Shown here: piece after piece, positions 26,750-40,200 of the stretch
Layout of the letters: the number at the start of each line of letters is the position of its first letter
Position numbering within the stretch: the first letter of the stretch is position 1
NCBI GenBank assembly: GCA_040954595.2
Contig: CM082586.2
Span: forward strand, 248,001-312,000
Origin: Balanoglossus misakiensis
Lineage: Eukaryota > Animalia > Hemichordata
Reading direction: 5' to 3'
Length of the DNA: 64,000 bases
Made by a program: the position numbers and the translations under genes
The notes under the pieces: generated by a model
Databases searched by the model: none
What the model was told of the DNA's origin: nothing
What the model saw: the letters and a program-made list of their open reading frames with translations, nothing else

Positions 26750-29700
26750 ATGAAGTTCGACGACATAATACCCCTACTGGGGGAATTCGGACGTTACCAA
26801 AAGTATATGTACACGTTGATTTGCATATCCGCGATACCAGCAGCGTGGTTCAATCTGGCCAACAGTTTTCTAAGCGCATCATCTGACCATTATTGCCAAG
26901 TATACGACAATCAGACCTTTGAGACGACATCGCCTCTTAAAAACTGTACCATCCCATATGATGATCATGAGGATTATTGGGAAGAATGCTATCGATATGA
27001 TCTGAATATGTCCAAAGGAATATCCGAGGAACTCTGTTTCCCAAGGACTGGTACAATTGAATGCGACAGGGGCTGGGTGTATGATACTTCTGTTTATGAA
27101 AGAACTGTAGTGCACGAGGTAAGATACTCTATAAGTGCTGCATCATCCAAGTCGTGAATTTCATTGATTTTGATTGGTTGAATAATTGATTGATTGACTG
27201 ATCGATTGATTTACTATTATTGGGGGGGGGGGGAGGCTGGATATTTAACACGCTTTAAGAATTGGACAAGAAACAGTTACGTATACAAAGATCAATAATA
27301 ATAATATATTGTTATTTCCCTTAGTATGACTTGGTTTGTTCAAGAAACTGGATGAGTCAGTTATCCAAATCCATTGTTCCTGTTGGAAATTTGATCGGAG
27401 CTTTACTTTGTGGCCAATTCGCAGATATGTAAGTTGATGACGCCTACGAATGTGTCACGTGGGTTTACATTCTATTTAATGAAATGACGACTTTGCCATA
27501 CTTATATGTGTGTTCATTTGATTTGATAAAAGCCGAATTTTTTCCATCCACGATTTTGTTTGATTTCAGAATTGGAAGAAAGCCGACATTTGTGGTATCT
27601 TTGCTGGTTGCTATAGTTACCTGTATCTGTTGTGCCTTCTCACCCGGATATGGTTTCTTCCTCACCTGTCAACTTATACTTGGCATCTGTTCCACAGGCA
27701 TGTTTCTGGTTGGCTATGTTATAGGTAAGGCAAGACAAGATAAATTCTACCACTACTGGACAATAATCACAACTCTCACATCAGAAATAACATTAAATTT
27801 TCCAATAATTGATCTCACTATGGTTAGAATCACTTATTGGATCTCGTTGCCGTTGATTTGCAGGTGTGGAATTAGTGGGTGTTGAATACAGAACAATGTG
27901 CGGAATCATCATTGAAATCTTCTTTGCCCTTGGGTACATGATACTGGCTGTTGTTGCTGCTGCAGTACAAGGCGACTGGAGAAAAATTCAGTTCATTGAA
28001 GGAATTTGTTGCCTGATCTTTATACCATACTTCTGGTGAGTGAATACAATCTGCATTGTAATTCTAGTTGGAACAACAGATGGATTGGTGGGTGCGTGGG
28101 TGATGGATGGATGGATGGATGGATGCGGGTGACAAAATAGACAGACTGATTCTCTAATTGCCTTTTGTATAAATTTCGGAACTAGGTTGATAAATGAATC
28201 CGTGAGATGGTTGATACAAAAATGCAAGTATGATAAAGCTGAAGTCATCCTGAACAAGGCGGCCAAATGGAACAAAGTAGAATTACCAGCCGATATATTT
28301 GCAGAAGAAAGAGAGTTTGAAAAACTGACACACGAAGAGAAAGAAGCACTAAAGCAGGTATAGTCACGTGACATATATGATAATTGCCACACCGTAAATT
28401 TCAGAGTCACAACTAACTTGTTTGGGTGACATAGCCTCCATTTTTGATGATTAAAAATGTTATTTTCTGATGTGTAACAGGAAGATACGGTGGACGAAGG
28501 TCAAAAGACAATGGCAGATTTATTCAAAACGCCAAATTTGAGATGGAGAACGATTAATATGGGTTATCAATGGTGAGTCCTTAATTAAGTTATTGACTAA
28601 TTTATAATATTTCAAGTATACCGATTTTAAAAAATTGTTGATATTGGAAAGCATACAACGCAGGTGCCCAGAATGGTTTTACATTGCCTCTTGTTTCGGG
28701 CTATTTTTGCATATTGCGCTATTTTTTATTAATTGAAATTATGTTAATTTCCACTTTCAGGTTCGCAGTTAGTTTTGTTTACTATGGATTATCGCTGAAC
28801 ACTGACCAGTTGGGAGTCAACCCCTACGTAGCATTCCTCATTTCCGGTGCTGTAGAAATCCCAGCATACCTTGTGGTTTGGTGGCTTTTGAATGTTTTGG
28901 GTCGACGCTGGTCTCAGTTCTGGTTTATGATTCTTGGTGGATTGGCGTTGATTATCAGTACACCTCCAGGTAAAAATATACACGTATATATAGATACACA
29001 GATACATAGATAAATACATACATAGATGTACATAAGCTACATACACACACATATATAGTTGGACGGATTTTGGCGTGAATGTGAAAATGTTAAATATCTT
29101 GATATTCAGACATACCTGAAGTATCGGCACTTTGGGCAACTGTCGGGAAATTCTTCATCGCTGGATGCTTTGCTATAGTCTACGTCTTTGCAGGTGAATT
29201 ATTCCCAACCACTGTCAGGTAAGAATTGAAGAAGTACAACTTCATAATTACTCATTTAATTCGTGTTATTGAACGCCACCCTAATTCGGTTCTATTCTCT
29301 TCTGTTGAGATCCTGTCCGCCACTTCTTTCTTCTCGTTGTTCCTTCACCCCTTTTGATTCACTTTTTTTCCAGAAATGCAGGGATGGGTTTCTCATCAAC
29401 ATGTGCCCGTATAGGCAGTATCATCTCTCCCTACGTCATGTTGCTGATTGATGTTTGGTATCCACTGCCATATCTGATCATGGCGATTGCCGCCATCATC
29501 GGTGGATTTCTGATATTGTTTCTGCCAGAAACCATGGGAGAGGATTTCCCAGAGACGCTCCATGAAGGTGAAATATTTGGAACGTAAGTAGAAGCGATTA
29601 TGTAACAATAACAATTGCGTTTGGAGGAGTCGACTTGGAATACATTCACCAATGAAACTAAGCTTTCATGGTATCAACATTTTTGCTATCTAGGCCTGAG

Positions 29701-29931
29701 TGGGATATTCTTAAGAAGGAAAAGCAGATAGCAGCAGAAAGAGCAGATATGAACGACGTTGATGTACAAGTTGATATGGACCAGGTCGAAGAGGAGTCAC
29801 CGATAGATGGCGCTGTGGTCGACGCAAACCAAGTCATAAACCATGCCAGTTCATCGCCGTCCAAAAATCACAAAGCTGGTATTGACAACGGAAATTTTGA
29901 GCTTAACGAGATGGATAAAACAATCAACTAA
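26750..29931 (+). CDS. SLC22-family organic cation/anion transporter (MFS), multi-exon
   Basis: MKFDDIIPLLGEFGRYQK; Cys-rich first loop with GWVYD; YDLVC; DxIGRK; ESVRWL; FVYYGLSL; GELFPTTVR; ARIGSIISP; FLPET. Confidence 0.94.
28098..28126. repeat. (GGAT)n microsatellite in SLC22 intron
   Basis: gatggatggatggatggatggatg. Confidence 0.8.
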
Positions 29932-30606
29932 TCCGTATAATTATTTTAGTTTCTTGTTCAATTCCTAGAAGCATGATGAAATGCGCAGCACTTGGCTCTA
30001 GGTAGATTTTCTGTGAAGTAACATTTTTTATTGGACAGAAAACGGCAAAATTTGCTGGAAAATTAATGTTGGATTGTCATCATTGACTTCGGCGAATACT
30101 GGATCACACAAAACTTAATCCGAATGCTGTGTTTGGTCAAGTAAACCGTGTGGTTTAATTTTATTTCATCTCCGATCATACAGCGCATTTGGAAAACAAT
30201 ATTCAATGGTTGATTCTTTCATTTGTGACGTAATACAAACCATGGCCACGATTCGTCAGCTGCATTACACAACAGCTGCTCTGAGGCAATGTGCCAGCTT
30301 GTTTTCTGATTGGTCAATTTGCGTTTGTGTAATGTGTTATGCGCTAGTATTCATTTGAAACCATTCATCCATTCAAAACACCAACATCTGTCGTAGATAA
30401 TCTTCAATTCTGATTGGTCGAATAAACTCCATTCACTATGAGTCCATTGTCTGGATAATTTCGAAGAGCTCGTTAACGATCATCATATTTCCAATAACAA
30501 CAACAAATAAACATGTCCTGCAACGTTTTTTCAAGAAGTGCGATCGGACCGAAGCAAATCGCCAACAACATGGCGGACGTTTCTAAATTTGCATGACGTG
30601 ACCCCA

Positions 30607-32132
30607 ATGGCTATGGATTTCCAGCAAATGTCAAATATACTTGAAGACCGGACAAACAGAAATGACTGGATACCTCAAGATTTGTCCAATTTTGGAATCA
30701 ACAAGAAATCAACTCCCATTTTAATGATTCCGCCATCACAAATCCCCGGATATGACTTGATGCCAATACAACAAGATGCACGTCTTCAAGAAGGTCTCGG
30801 AATCAGCCAAGCAGTCAATGTTTTGCATGACGCTGGTAGGTGTTGATAACGTTTGTTTTGTTTCCAAATTTAGTTAGTAAGGTCATGAAACAAATGACGT
30901 AGAAACTATTGAATTATCGCACTTGTGTCTACCACAATTAACACAACCCTCTAAATTTACATAGAAATGACCTCAACTTTGATCACCCTTTCTCACGTTC
31001 ACCTGAATCTGACGTGTTATGACAAAATGCACTGTTCATTCGATCGATGCAATACCGCCACCATTACAGTTATACACTTGTTTACTTTTGAACGTCTTAG
31101 ACCGTCTTCGAGGAGAATGATTGAGATCGATGAGTACATGTGTCAATAAAATGATATCGTCAGCAATCGAGAGAATTGCTAAATTGAGATTTCATGTTTT
31201 GTTTTATAGACAAAGGTGCATCTAGCTCGGGGTTCGAACCGATGAGTCAAAGTAATTTTTGGTTCGAAGCGGCTACTCAGCTCAACCAATCAGATATCAA
31301 CAGGCGACCAAGTATTGATGTGGCACCTTGCAAAAGAAAACCGAGAACGACGTTCACAGCGAAGCAGATCAGAATAATGGAAGAAAGCTTTCAGAATGTT
31401 TCGCAATATCCGGTTCTTGAAGAAAGAAAAAGACTGGCTTCAGAAACCGGTCTTGAAATAGTCAAAATCAAAGTAAGTAGTCGCCAAACTTAAAATTATT
31501 TTATTGGCATCAATTATATGGAAGACTATAGATAAATCATGTGAGTTTAATACAAACATTCCTTTTAGGTTTGGTTTCAGAATAGACGATGTCGCTTCAA
31601 GAAAAACGTCGCCAACAGGGGTAAAGATTTCCCATTGCCGAGAAGAATCTCATCTGAGATGGCCCTCAATCATATCAAGACAACTATTCCTATGCCCAAG
31701 AAAATATTTTCATTGGATAAAGAGAACATCGGTGCCATAAAAGAGGAACTCCAAATGTTACCTCTTGTTGAACCATCGGTTATTTGCCTTCCGGGGCCAG
31801 TGGTTACCGAGGCAACCAGCAAGCACAGCAGGTCACAGTTTCAGCTCCAGCCGAACGAAAATGAATCCTTTGACGATGAAACATCTGACATGGTACCAGC
31901 ATTGGAAGGTTTGAATAACGACAGATTAACACTATTCAATCATGAATGTTACAACGGTTCATTACATAACATTTTAAAAGCCAGTAACCAAGACGTCTTC
32001 ATTTATGAGACGGGAAATTACACATCAGTAACCATGGAAACAAACGCATGTTCTCGAGGAGCGCTTCCATGTGTTGAAATCTTTCGCAAGATTTTCGTGC
32101 AACAAGTGACCACTGTTGGACGCTCTCTATAG
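30607..32132 (+). CDS. Divergent PRD-class (Q50) homeobox protein, 3 exons, ~351 aa
   Basis: Exons 30607-30835, 31210-31472, 31569-32132 are in frame. Homeodomain KRKPRTTFTAKQIRIMEESFQNVSQYPVLEERKRLASETGLEIVKIK|VWFQNRRCRFKK, with the intron just before VWFQN as typical of the PRD class. Exon 1 and the start codon are less certain. Confidence 0.85.
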
Positions 32133-32706
32133 GGAAAACCTTGCATAGTTCTCATCATAGAATCTATTCAACATAAAGATACGAATTAAAGAAATGTCTA
32201 CATGACTGGCATGTCGTCATATTTCATTTCTGCCTCTTTTGCTTATTTACATTTTTGCGCTTGGCACTCCACGAAATATTTGCTGGTATGTCGATACGTG
32301 TTACGCGTTCTACAGTTTATGTGAAATGTCCCATGATTCAATGCGATTTAACTGCCTGTAGTAAACTAAACTATGTTGACTTTTTTTTCAATCGACTGCT
32401 TGCTTGTTATATTGTTGAATTCTCACAATTTTTCAACTAATTGTGTTGTGATTCATGGAGAAATGTTTACAAAGCCCGATCATTTCAACGGGTACCCATC
32501 TGCTGCTGCAATCGAACAGTTATTCAAACATTTTTGTAAATATCCGGGTAAAAAAACAATTATGCAAATGAGAAGGAAATACGGATTCTAATTTTCACTC
32601 AAGGGTATTTTCGACCGGGTATCTCAATCAGCGTCGTGTCACCGTTCTGTTCAGTCGTGCAGACGGGTCCTTCTTTGTTTTGGTGAATATTAACGGTACG
32701 AGCAAA

Positions 32707-35700
32707 ATGGCCGCCCTCTCTCTGGATTACTTCTTTCTCCTTCAACGGACCTTAAAAAGGAGCTTAAATTCATTTGATGTAATCACGCTGTATTTTCCGT
32801 TGATGTTGGTCAGTTACTTCATCTACTGCGCGTTTATTCGCCCGCAGCTGTCGCCACTACGAAAGGTAAGTAAATATAGTTATTTACAAGCAACCAAGTT
32901 CAGCTTTGCATGATCTATGTGTTGTGTTGAAAACTACAAATCGATTGACATAATTTGAGTTAATAGTATGCATTTTTTTTCGCGTTTCAGGTACCTGGCC
33001 AGCGGTGCTGTATACCCGTCATCAATGTGATCTACTTCCTAAAGCATCTTTTCGGAGAATTAAAGTAAGACTGGATGTAGCCGACAGAATACCTTCATTT
33101 TTGGCGGTAGACTTTGTCTTCTCAAAATAGATGCTTGATTTTGCAGTAAACTAACCTACACATTCCCCAAAACCATACTTTCCCCAAATATCAACTGATG
33201 CTGACGAAGAACTTCTTATTTGCAGAGATATTCCCGCTGACCAGCCTCTGACTCGACATTTCTTTGGTTTCGGTGAAGCGGTAATAATCAAAGGTGTGGA
33301 TGAAGCGAAACACGTCATTGCATCGTCCAAGAAATACAAACGAACAGACGGAGAGAAAATGTAAGTGATCATGAAAACCAGAATTTCGCGAAACCGACTT
33401 TCAAAGTCAAGTGTTCAAAGACTGCATGTCCCACCAACCGTACTTCTCTTTGTTAAGTTGTTCGACTCACTATAATATATAAAAAGCTTGCATACGATCA
33501 TTTTTCATCAGGTTTTTTGGAAGAATTGTTGGACGTGGTCTCCTGTCCGTATCTGGTGATGAACACACAGAAATGAGGAAGATGTTAAATCTTTCCTTCA
33601 CAGGGTCTTCAGTCAATGGTGAGATTCTATTCAACTTGTCACCACACCACACCACACCACACCTCACCACACCACACCACACCTCACCACACCACACCAC
33701 ACCACACCTCACCACACCACACCACACCACACCACACCACACCACACCACACCACACCATTAAGTAATGCAATGTGTTTTTATTTGTAGGAATGACACCA
33801 ATATTTTATGAGTATGCACAGAAACTGGTGGATGTATGGAAAAGGAAGCTCTTGCAGGGCAAGCCACGTGACTTTGCAGACATTTGCATACAGGATGATT
33901 TTATGAAACTAGTAAGTTTATGTTTTCACTTGGAGAGACTTCTCACGTCAAAATTATGGTATCACAAAACTTCTACTGTTCTTGCTCGAACTGGTTTTCT
34001 TCCAAGCACTTGCTAGACGATCTTTGATGTCATAGGTAACGTACAGAATTTGTCTTTTGATCTGTGCAGACCTTAGATGTGATTTGCCAAGCTGGTTTTG
34101 GATACAACTTAAACGCCCTCAACAATGAACATGCGGATTTGGCAGAGGCGTTTACACTTGCATTGGACATAGGCGGAAGAAGAAGGTTGGTAAAAGTAAT
34201 GGCGAAATGTCAGAAATAATAGGCAATGTCTAAAGTGAAAGTGAAAATTACACACAAAACCAGGACAGGAAATCAATGGTTAGACGCTGATTATTTGTTA
34301 TAAATCAAACCAATATAGTTTGAAATTCCTTGCTTTTTTCACACAGCGCCACTTCCCTGATACCCATTCTGAAAATCATTCCGTCCAGCGGAAGGAGAAA
34401 ATATCTCAGATCGGTGAAATTAGTGCGGGATTTCGTCACTGAACTTGTCATCGAGAAAGAAAAGGAATCCGAGAAAGGTAAACGTTAACGATGACAACAC
34501 TCACGGTCCGTTTGTTGATTTTTCTATCTACCTGTATGTCTTCTATTGTCTGATGGTTTTCACAATTATATGCACAGGTTGGGAAAATGAACCCCATAAC
34601 TTGCTAGAACTGATGTTGAAGAACTCGGGTCGTTATGGATTGAAAACAGATGACTTGGTGGATCACGTGCGTACGTTTATGTTGGCCGGACACGAAGTAA
34701 GTTTTCGTAAATCCGAACACTTTGCCGTCGCCTCACTCTGTCATTGCTACATCGTTCCGTTTAAAAGTCCTACTTACACATGAGAAAATCTGAAGATAAA
34801 CCACATACTTTTTCTCTACAGTAAGGCAGCACTGTAAACTATACAATTCTGTTAAAAAGACTGTATAGAGTTGGAGCATTAGCTCAAGAACATATTTTCC
34901 TTTTACGGATAAAAATAATGTTTCTATTCTCTGTGCAGACTACCGGCGCTTCTCTAATATGGACATTATATTGCCTGGCTAGTAACCCGGATGTGCAGAC
35001 GACAGCCCGAGAGGAGATTTCATCCGTTTTGTCAGAAACTGAACCTATCACAACCAAAGCTGTGGAGAGTATGCCTTATCTCAACGGGGTCGTAAAGGAA
35101 AGTTTAAGGTATGGTTCGAATGAGTGAGTGAGTTTAGGCGGTTTAGGTAGAGACTAAAAAGAAGTGTTCTCGATGATCGGATTCACTCATTCTCCCTCCC
35201 GTGTTTAAATTTCAGATTACATGTCCCGGTACCTGGTGTGACAAAAACTTGCGTTCAGGAAGATACGCTGGGCGGCGTGCGCATTCCCGTCGGAACGAAG
35301 ATGGGTATATCCATAGTGGGACTTCACAAGTAAGTTGACAAACGAAGATACTGATGCTAAATATAAACGGGGTTGTCTCTTATTCCAACAGTTTTATTGG
35401 AAATTTGAGGCGGGGCTTGCATACCTGTAATCACCAGACATAAATGTGAAATAATTATCTGCACTTAATTTGTATAACTCACAGAAACCCGAAGATCTGG
35501 CCAAACCCTGAGAAATTTGATCCAACTCGATTCATCCCACCAAACTGTAACAATCACAGTCCTTGGCAGTTTTTACCATTCAGTTCTGGTAAACACATGT
35601 GCATAGGTATATATGATTGATATTTTGTGATTTTTTTTACTTGTCAGGTTCTTTGATATTGAACACCAAATCTATCATCTAAGGTAGGCAAAGTTCAACT

Positions 35701-35890
35701 TCCGTAAAATGTTTCATTTCTGTTATTATCTGTAGGATATCGTATGTCGCTAATGGAGAGTAAGGTGACAGTGGCGGCGTTGCTACGCGACCTTGAATTC
35801 TCTTTGGTACCCGGATATACTTTCCAGAAGTCCACAAGTCTGTCAACAAAAGCCGACCCTCCCATGATGCTCAGAGTCAGAAAACTATGA
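32707..35890 (+). CDS. Microsomal cytochrome P450, paralogue of the P450 at 7052-10416, multi-exon
   Basis: Membrane anchor ending LSPLRK; [11 protein letters not shown]; I-helix [10 protein letters not shown]; ESLR; [12 protein letters not shown]; heme motif [11 protein letters not shown]. Intron positions match P450 #1. Confidence 0.93.
33639..33759. repeat. (CACCA)n pentanucleotide microsatellite in P450 #2 intron
   Basis: About 24 units with occasional CACCT variants. Confidence 0.97.
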
Positions 35891-37178
35891 ATGTATGTCG
35901 TCAAAACTTCAATCATATTATCTAAAGGTTAAATCTATTATTTGTTCACGATTCAAAAAATACTTAGATAAAGATACATGTATAATTTCTTGACGATTTA
36001 AACAAGGAAGTGTTTCTGAGATTCAGGATTTGCCCAGTTTTTTTTTTTTTCGATTTCCTTGGAGAGTATACAGTTGCTTTTAATCGAAAGCTTCCATGGT
36101 GAGGTTTAATTGTTATACCGAATCTAAAGTATTGAATGTTGTTCGATGACCCTGGCCGACTGAAACCTAATTTTCCAACTTGGTGCATACCCTACATGAT
36201 AGTGAAGTCTGTGCATCTGATTCAAAAGTACAAGACCAAATGACACTTTTTCGCCGTTGGAGATGTTGTTTCATGAGTGGTGCCTGGTCTCGCTTGCTGT
36301 GCAACCTCTACTGTAATATAAATATTATGACCCCATTATGAAGACTGTGACGCAAATGACCGTGCAGTCAGTGTTCTGTTTAACGTCATTAAGGGTAATA
36401 TTGAACCATATTTGTCAGCATTAAGTTCCTTGTTTTGTATTTCAACGATTAAATCTTCATCAGCTCTGTGCCGTATGACTAATTCATTGAAAATGTCAGG
36501 GATTCAAAACAATGTAAACTTTTATTATAACTTAATATATTAATTTGATTCGATCATTATAGTAAATGACGGTCGTATTTGATCTGGTGTCCAATCAAAA
36601 TTGAAAGCAATTATTTTATTGGTGATGAACTGGCCACAAATGTTCCCAAGATAGACAAGATTGTGAGTATCAAATCATGAAATGATAGTCTCACGCAAGA
36701 AGACACGTTTCTAAAGTTTTATTTGACAGAAAATAAACTTATTCCCAGGCACTGGACATACACGCAAAAAATAGTGACGTAACGTCTAGAATATGACAAG
36801 ATCATTTTGACTGTATGTCATTATATTTGACATCTGTCATACATTTCTCAGCACAGCGTGAGAAAGCGACCCTTTCGATTCAAGTAACGCCCGAACACGA
36901 CACTCGGGTTTGTTGGGTGATACGTACACTTACCATTCTTACTAATTTGCATAAATGTACCATTTTACATAAAGAACCTTATTACGCATACAAACATGCA
37001 AATAAGGCGATATCAGATATACAACGAGTACTATCCAATGAATCGATCGGAGTCTGGCCGAAGTAGGAGGATGTTCATAATTTACTACCATGACGTATTA
37101 CTTCCTTCATTTGAGGCAATTTCAAGTAAGCTTCCTACTTGAAGTAAATGTTGTCAAATATTGGAGACATTTTTCGGA

Positions 37179-37223
37179 ATGACTACATTGACTGGTTACC
37201 GAACAGCTGGTACAGAAGGACAG
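37179..37223 (+). CDS. Candidate alternative first coding exon of the CUB protein (MTTLTGYRTAGTEGQ)
   Basis: ATG-initiated 45-nt exon ending in CAG|GTAAGA, phase 0, in frame with exon 42903. Confidence 0.4.
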
Positions 37224-40200
37224 GTAAGATTTACAACATTGTCACTTAATGATATTTTGCCTAAAATTACTTAAATTTGATTGGTTAACTAATTAATTAA
37301 AATTTCTGGTATTCTCCGTATTTTATAGTCTCGCCAACCCAATGATCATGGTCAAAATGTTATTTTAACTATATTATTTGGGTAAATATCTTGTGCATTA
37401 ATAACGAGTTCTCTCTTTTCAAAAATGATACGATATGATTATTCTCATTTGGTGGAAATTCTCCGATAATTTGATACATTCAACTTGATATATTGAAGTG
37501 AAACTTTACTGTGAGATTCCTGTGGTGACCCCCACCTAATGTCCTAAATACTTGGGTTGCAAAAATGAGTGTGATGTACCCTTTTGATAGGCGGAATAAC
37601 ACGACCAGCACGTGTCATGTCTGGTTCTGTCATAGCATGATGTCATTCGGTGACTTTTGATCCAACACTGATGAATCATTTGGTTTGATTGTGGTACCCC
37701 TGAAATAAATTATGCAAATAAGGAAATTCAAATCATCATAACACATGCGCATTTACTGTCACACTCTTGGTAGCTGCAGCCATACAGTTATGATTACAAA
37801 AAATGACCGTCAAAGTCATTATTTGGACAATTAATGAATGAATGCTCCACTGTATAACTATTGTACAGTCATCAGAATGAAATAGAGCCTTTACTGCAGT
37901 GATTCTTTCTTTCAAGTTTCACTTCCGTCTCTATTACTTCATCCTTCTCATCTGTCGAGTAAATACTCTGTTCGATTCCCAAAACACTCTTTACATTATC
38001 GATCATTAATCATTCTCTCTGCTCCTGGAAGTCGAAATGTGTCACTTACTTCTAATTAGAGTCAGTTTTTCTAAAAGCCTTCTTTGACAGATGCCTCCAT
38101 CAAAATAATAGGATATTCGCCACTCTATTTATTCTACACTGACCTGTGGTCCTGGCATCTCAATCTATACTCTTTCTATTTATCCATTTGGATACCTTAG
38201 AAGGGCTTTGAATGAAAGCTATAAAGCATATCGCTGTCGTTCCACGATCAACATGTAAACCTAAGACGGTACACAACTTCTTAAATATACTCTTCAAGGC
38301 TACGTGGCAAGCTCTCTCTTGTTTCTATATCTACACAGATATAGAACGACATAACAGCTGTTGTTTTAGTAAGTACAACATTTACGCAATATGTATACTG
38401 TTGTTTTGACTGTTCATTTGTTTGCCATATTTGTAGAATATCTCAATGTACTATTCAGTTGTACTCAAACATTTTATGAATCAGTATAGATACAAATCTC
38501 TTGTTGCTAAATACAACTGTGTTGCTTATATGGACAACAGCTGCAACTTTGGATTATTTCGCTTTTCTCTGTGTATTAACTACTTTTCATTCCGCTCCCT
38601 ATCCCAGGCTACAATGCCCATTACATTACTATAATAATTAATTAATGTAGTAGGAGAAAGAAAGCAACAGATTGAGTCCGGTTCAATGTCAATGAATCTG
38701 TCGGTCGCGTAAACACATTTTACAGCAATGAACGACGGTGATTCCTGTAATCATGGATAATGATTGACTCATTAAAAATCGCAATGTCACTGGGATTGAT
38801 TATTCTTCATACATTGGTCGGCGACAACAAAGAAAGTCCCTGATGTTTGTTGTCCCAAATCCGGGATATTAGCTGGCTTTTCCACGTCTTAAAGTGTATC
38901 GTGTTTCTTATTATTGGTATTTCAGTGGGAGATAATCACATCTTTAAAAGTGAATAGGTCCTTTGAGGTGACGAATTCACACCCCCACAAATGTTACCAC
39001 AGCGGAGTCTTAGTGTAGCTGTTTTGAATCAATTGCCTCATTGATATGCATGGGAACCAAGCCAATAATGACGAATTTCACATCTACATTTCAATTACAA
39101 GCTTTGCTGAGAAATGATGACATCGCGGTGACGAAAATGAATCTTTGTAACAAAGAGAAAATGGGTCTCGATGTTGAGTTTCACATCTGTGCGCTTCCGA
39201 GTGATAATGGAAGAGATATTTCTTCACTTTGTAAAACGACGGAAGCAAAAGCAGAAGTAAACACAAGATTGTATTTATTTTATAATCAAAATTATGAAGT
39301 GCACATCACGCGCATAACGGCCCGTTGACAATGTGCGCTACTTGGCAAAGACTGTGTGATGGAAAAGTACCATATCATTAACCCTAGATTCGTTTGCGCA
39401 GAAATTACTTTATAGAACATGCGCAGAAATTGTCCCAGCGACCTTAGTTGCCCTTGGAGATTCGTGCTTTATCCGAAACCAAACGACTTCAAACCTGAGA
39501 CCCTGGTCAGGACCTCGTTGTGTTATTTATCCGACGAAATCTAAAACAACTGGTGTAGTGTAGAAACTAATAACCATCAAACCGAGCACCCAAGGCAATT
39601 CTTTTGTATCGTTAAACATTCCTCTTCTCCTAATCTGAGTTTTGCTTCGGAAGCAATGATAATCTAACATTGTTTCATTCGCAGTTGTGTTTACACGGAC
39701 TGCCTTTATGGTATACATGTTTTTTTCGTCACTCAGCACGGTGTTACACTTGTGGTTGCTTTTGCTTCGTGTCCAGGTGTACCTTTTTGTTTAGTTCAAT
39801 GCATGGCCAGGTGTTTCGTGACCAGGTGTTTATAAATATTCATCATTTGGCGTTTTGAAGTCGCGTGTTGCCACGTCACTTCGCTGCTATTGTCGTAGTG
39901 TGTTAGCACGCCGCGTGTTGAAGAGTTGGATCCGACTGTGTTGTCAATTTTTCTACGTAAAGTACCGTGATTGTAAACCCGAGTTATGACTGCCGTCTGC
40001 ATGTGTTGTGTTCCGGTGGACTTTTCAAGAAAGTGCTGTTATTTTGAGCCTCCGTGAGTACGCCACAGTCGCGGAAAGGACCTGGAGCTAAGTGTAAGTA
40101 CATGTTCTGTGGGCACTACGCTTTCGAGAGAGTCCTTTTATTATGGAGATCCCGAGACTACGCTGAAAGGGCAGTTTATTGTGACACTGGAAATAGAACA

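Noticed and set aside
33470-33772. VVWCG and HHTTP repeat ORFs
   Set aside because: Translations of an intronic (CACCA)n microsatellite.
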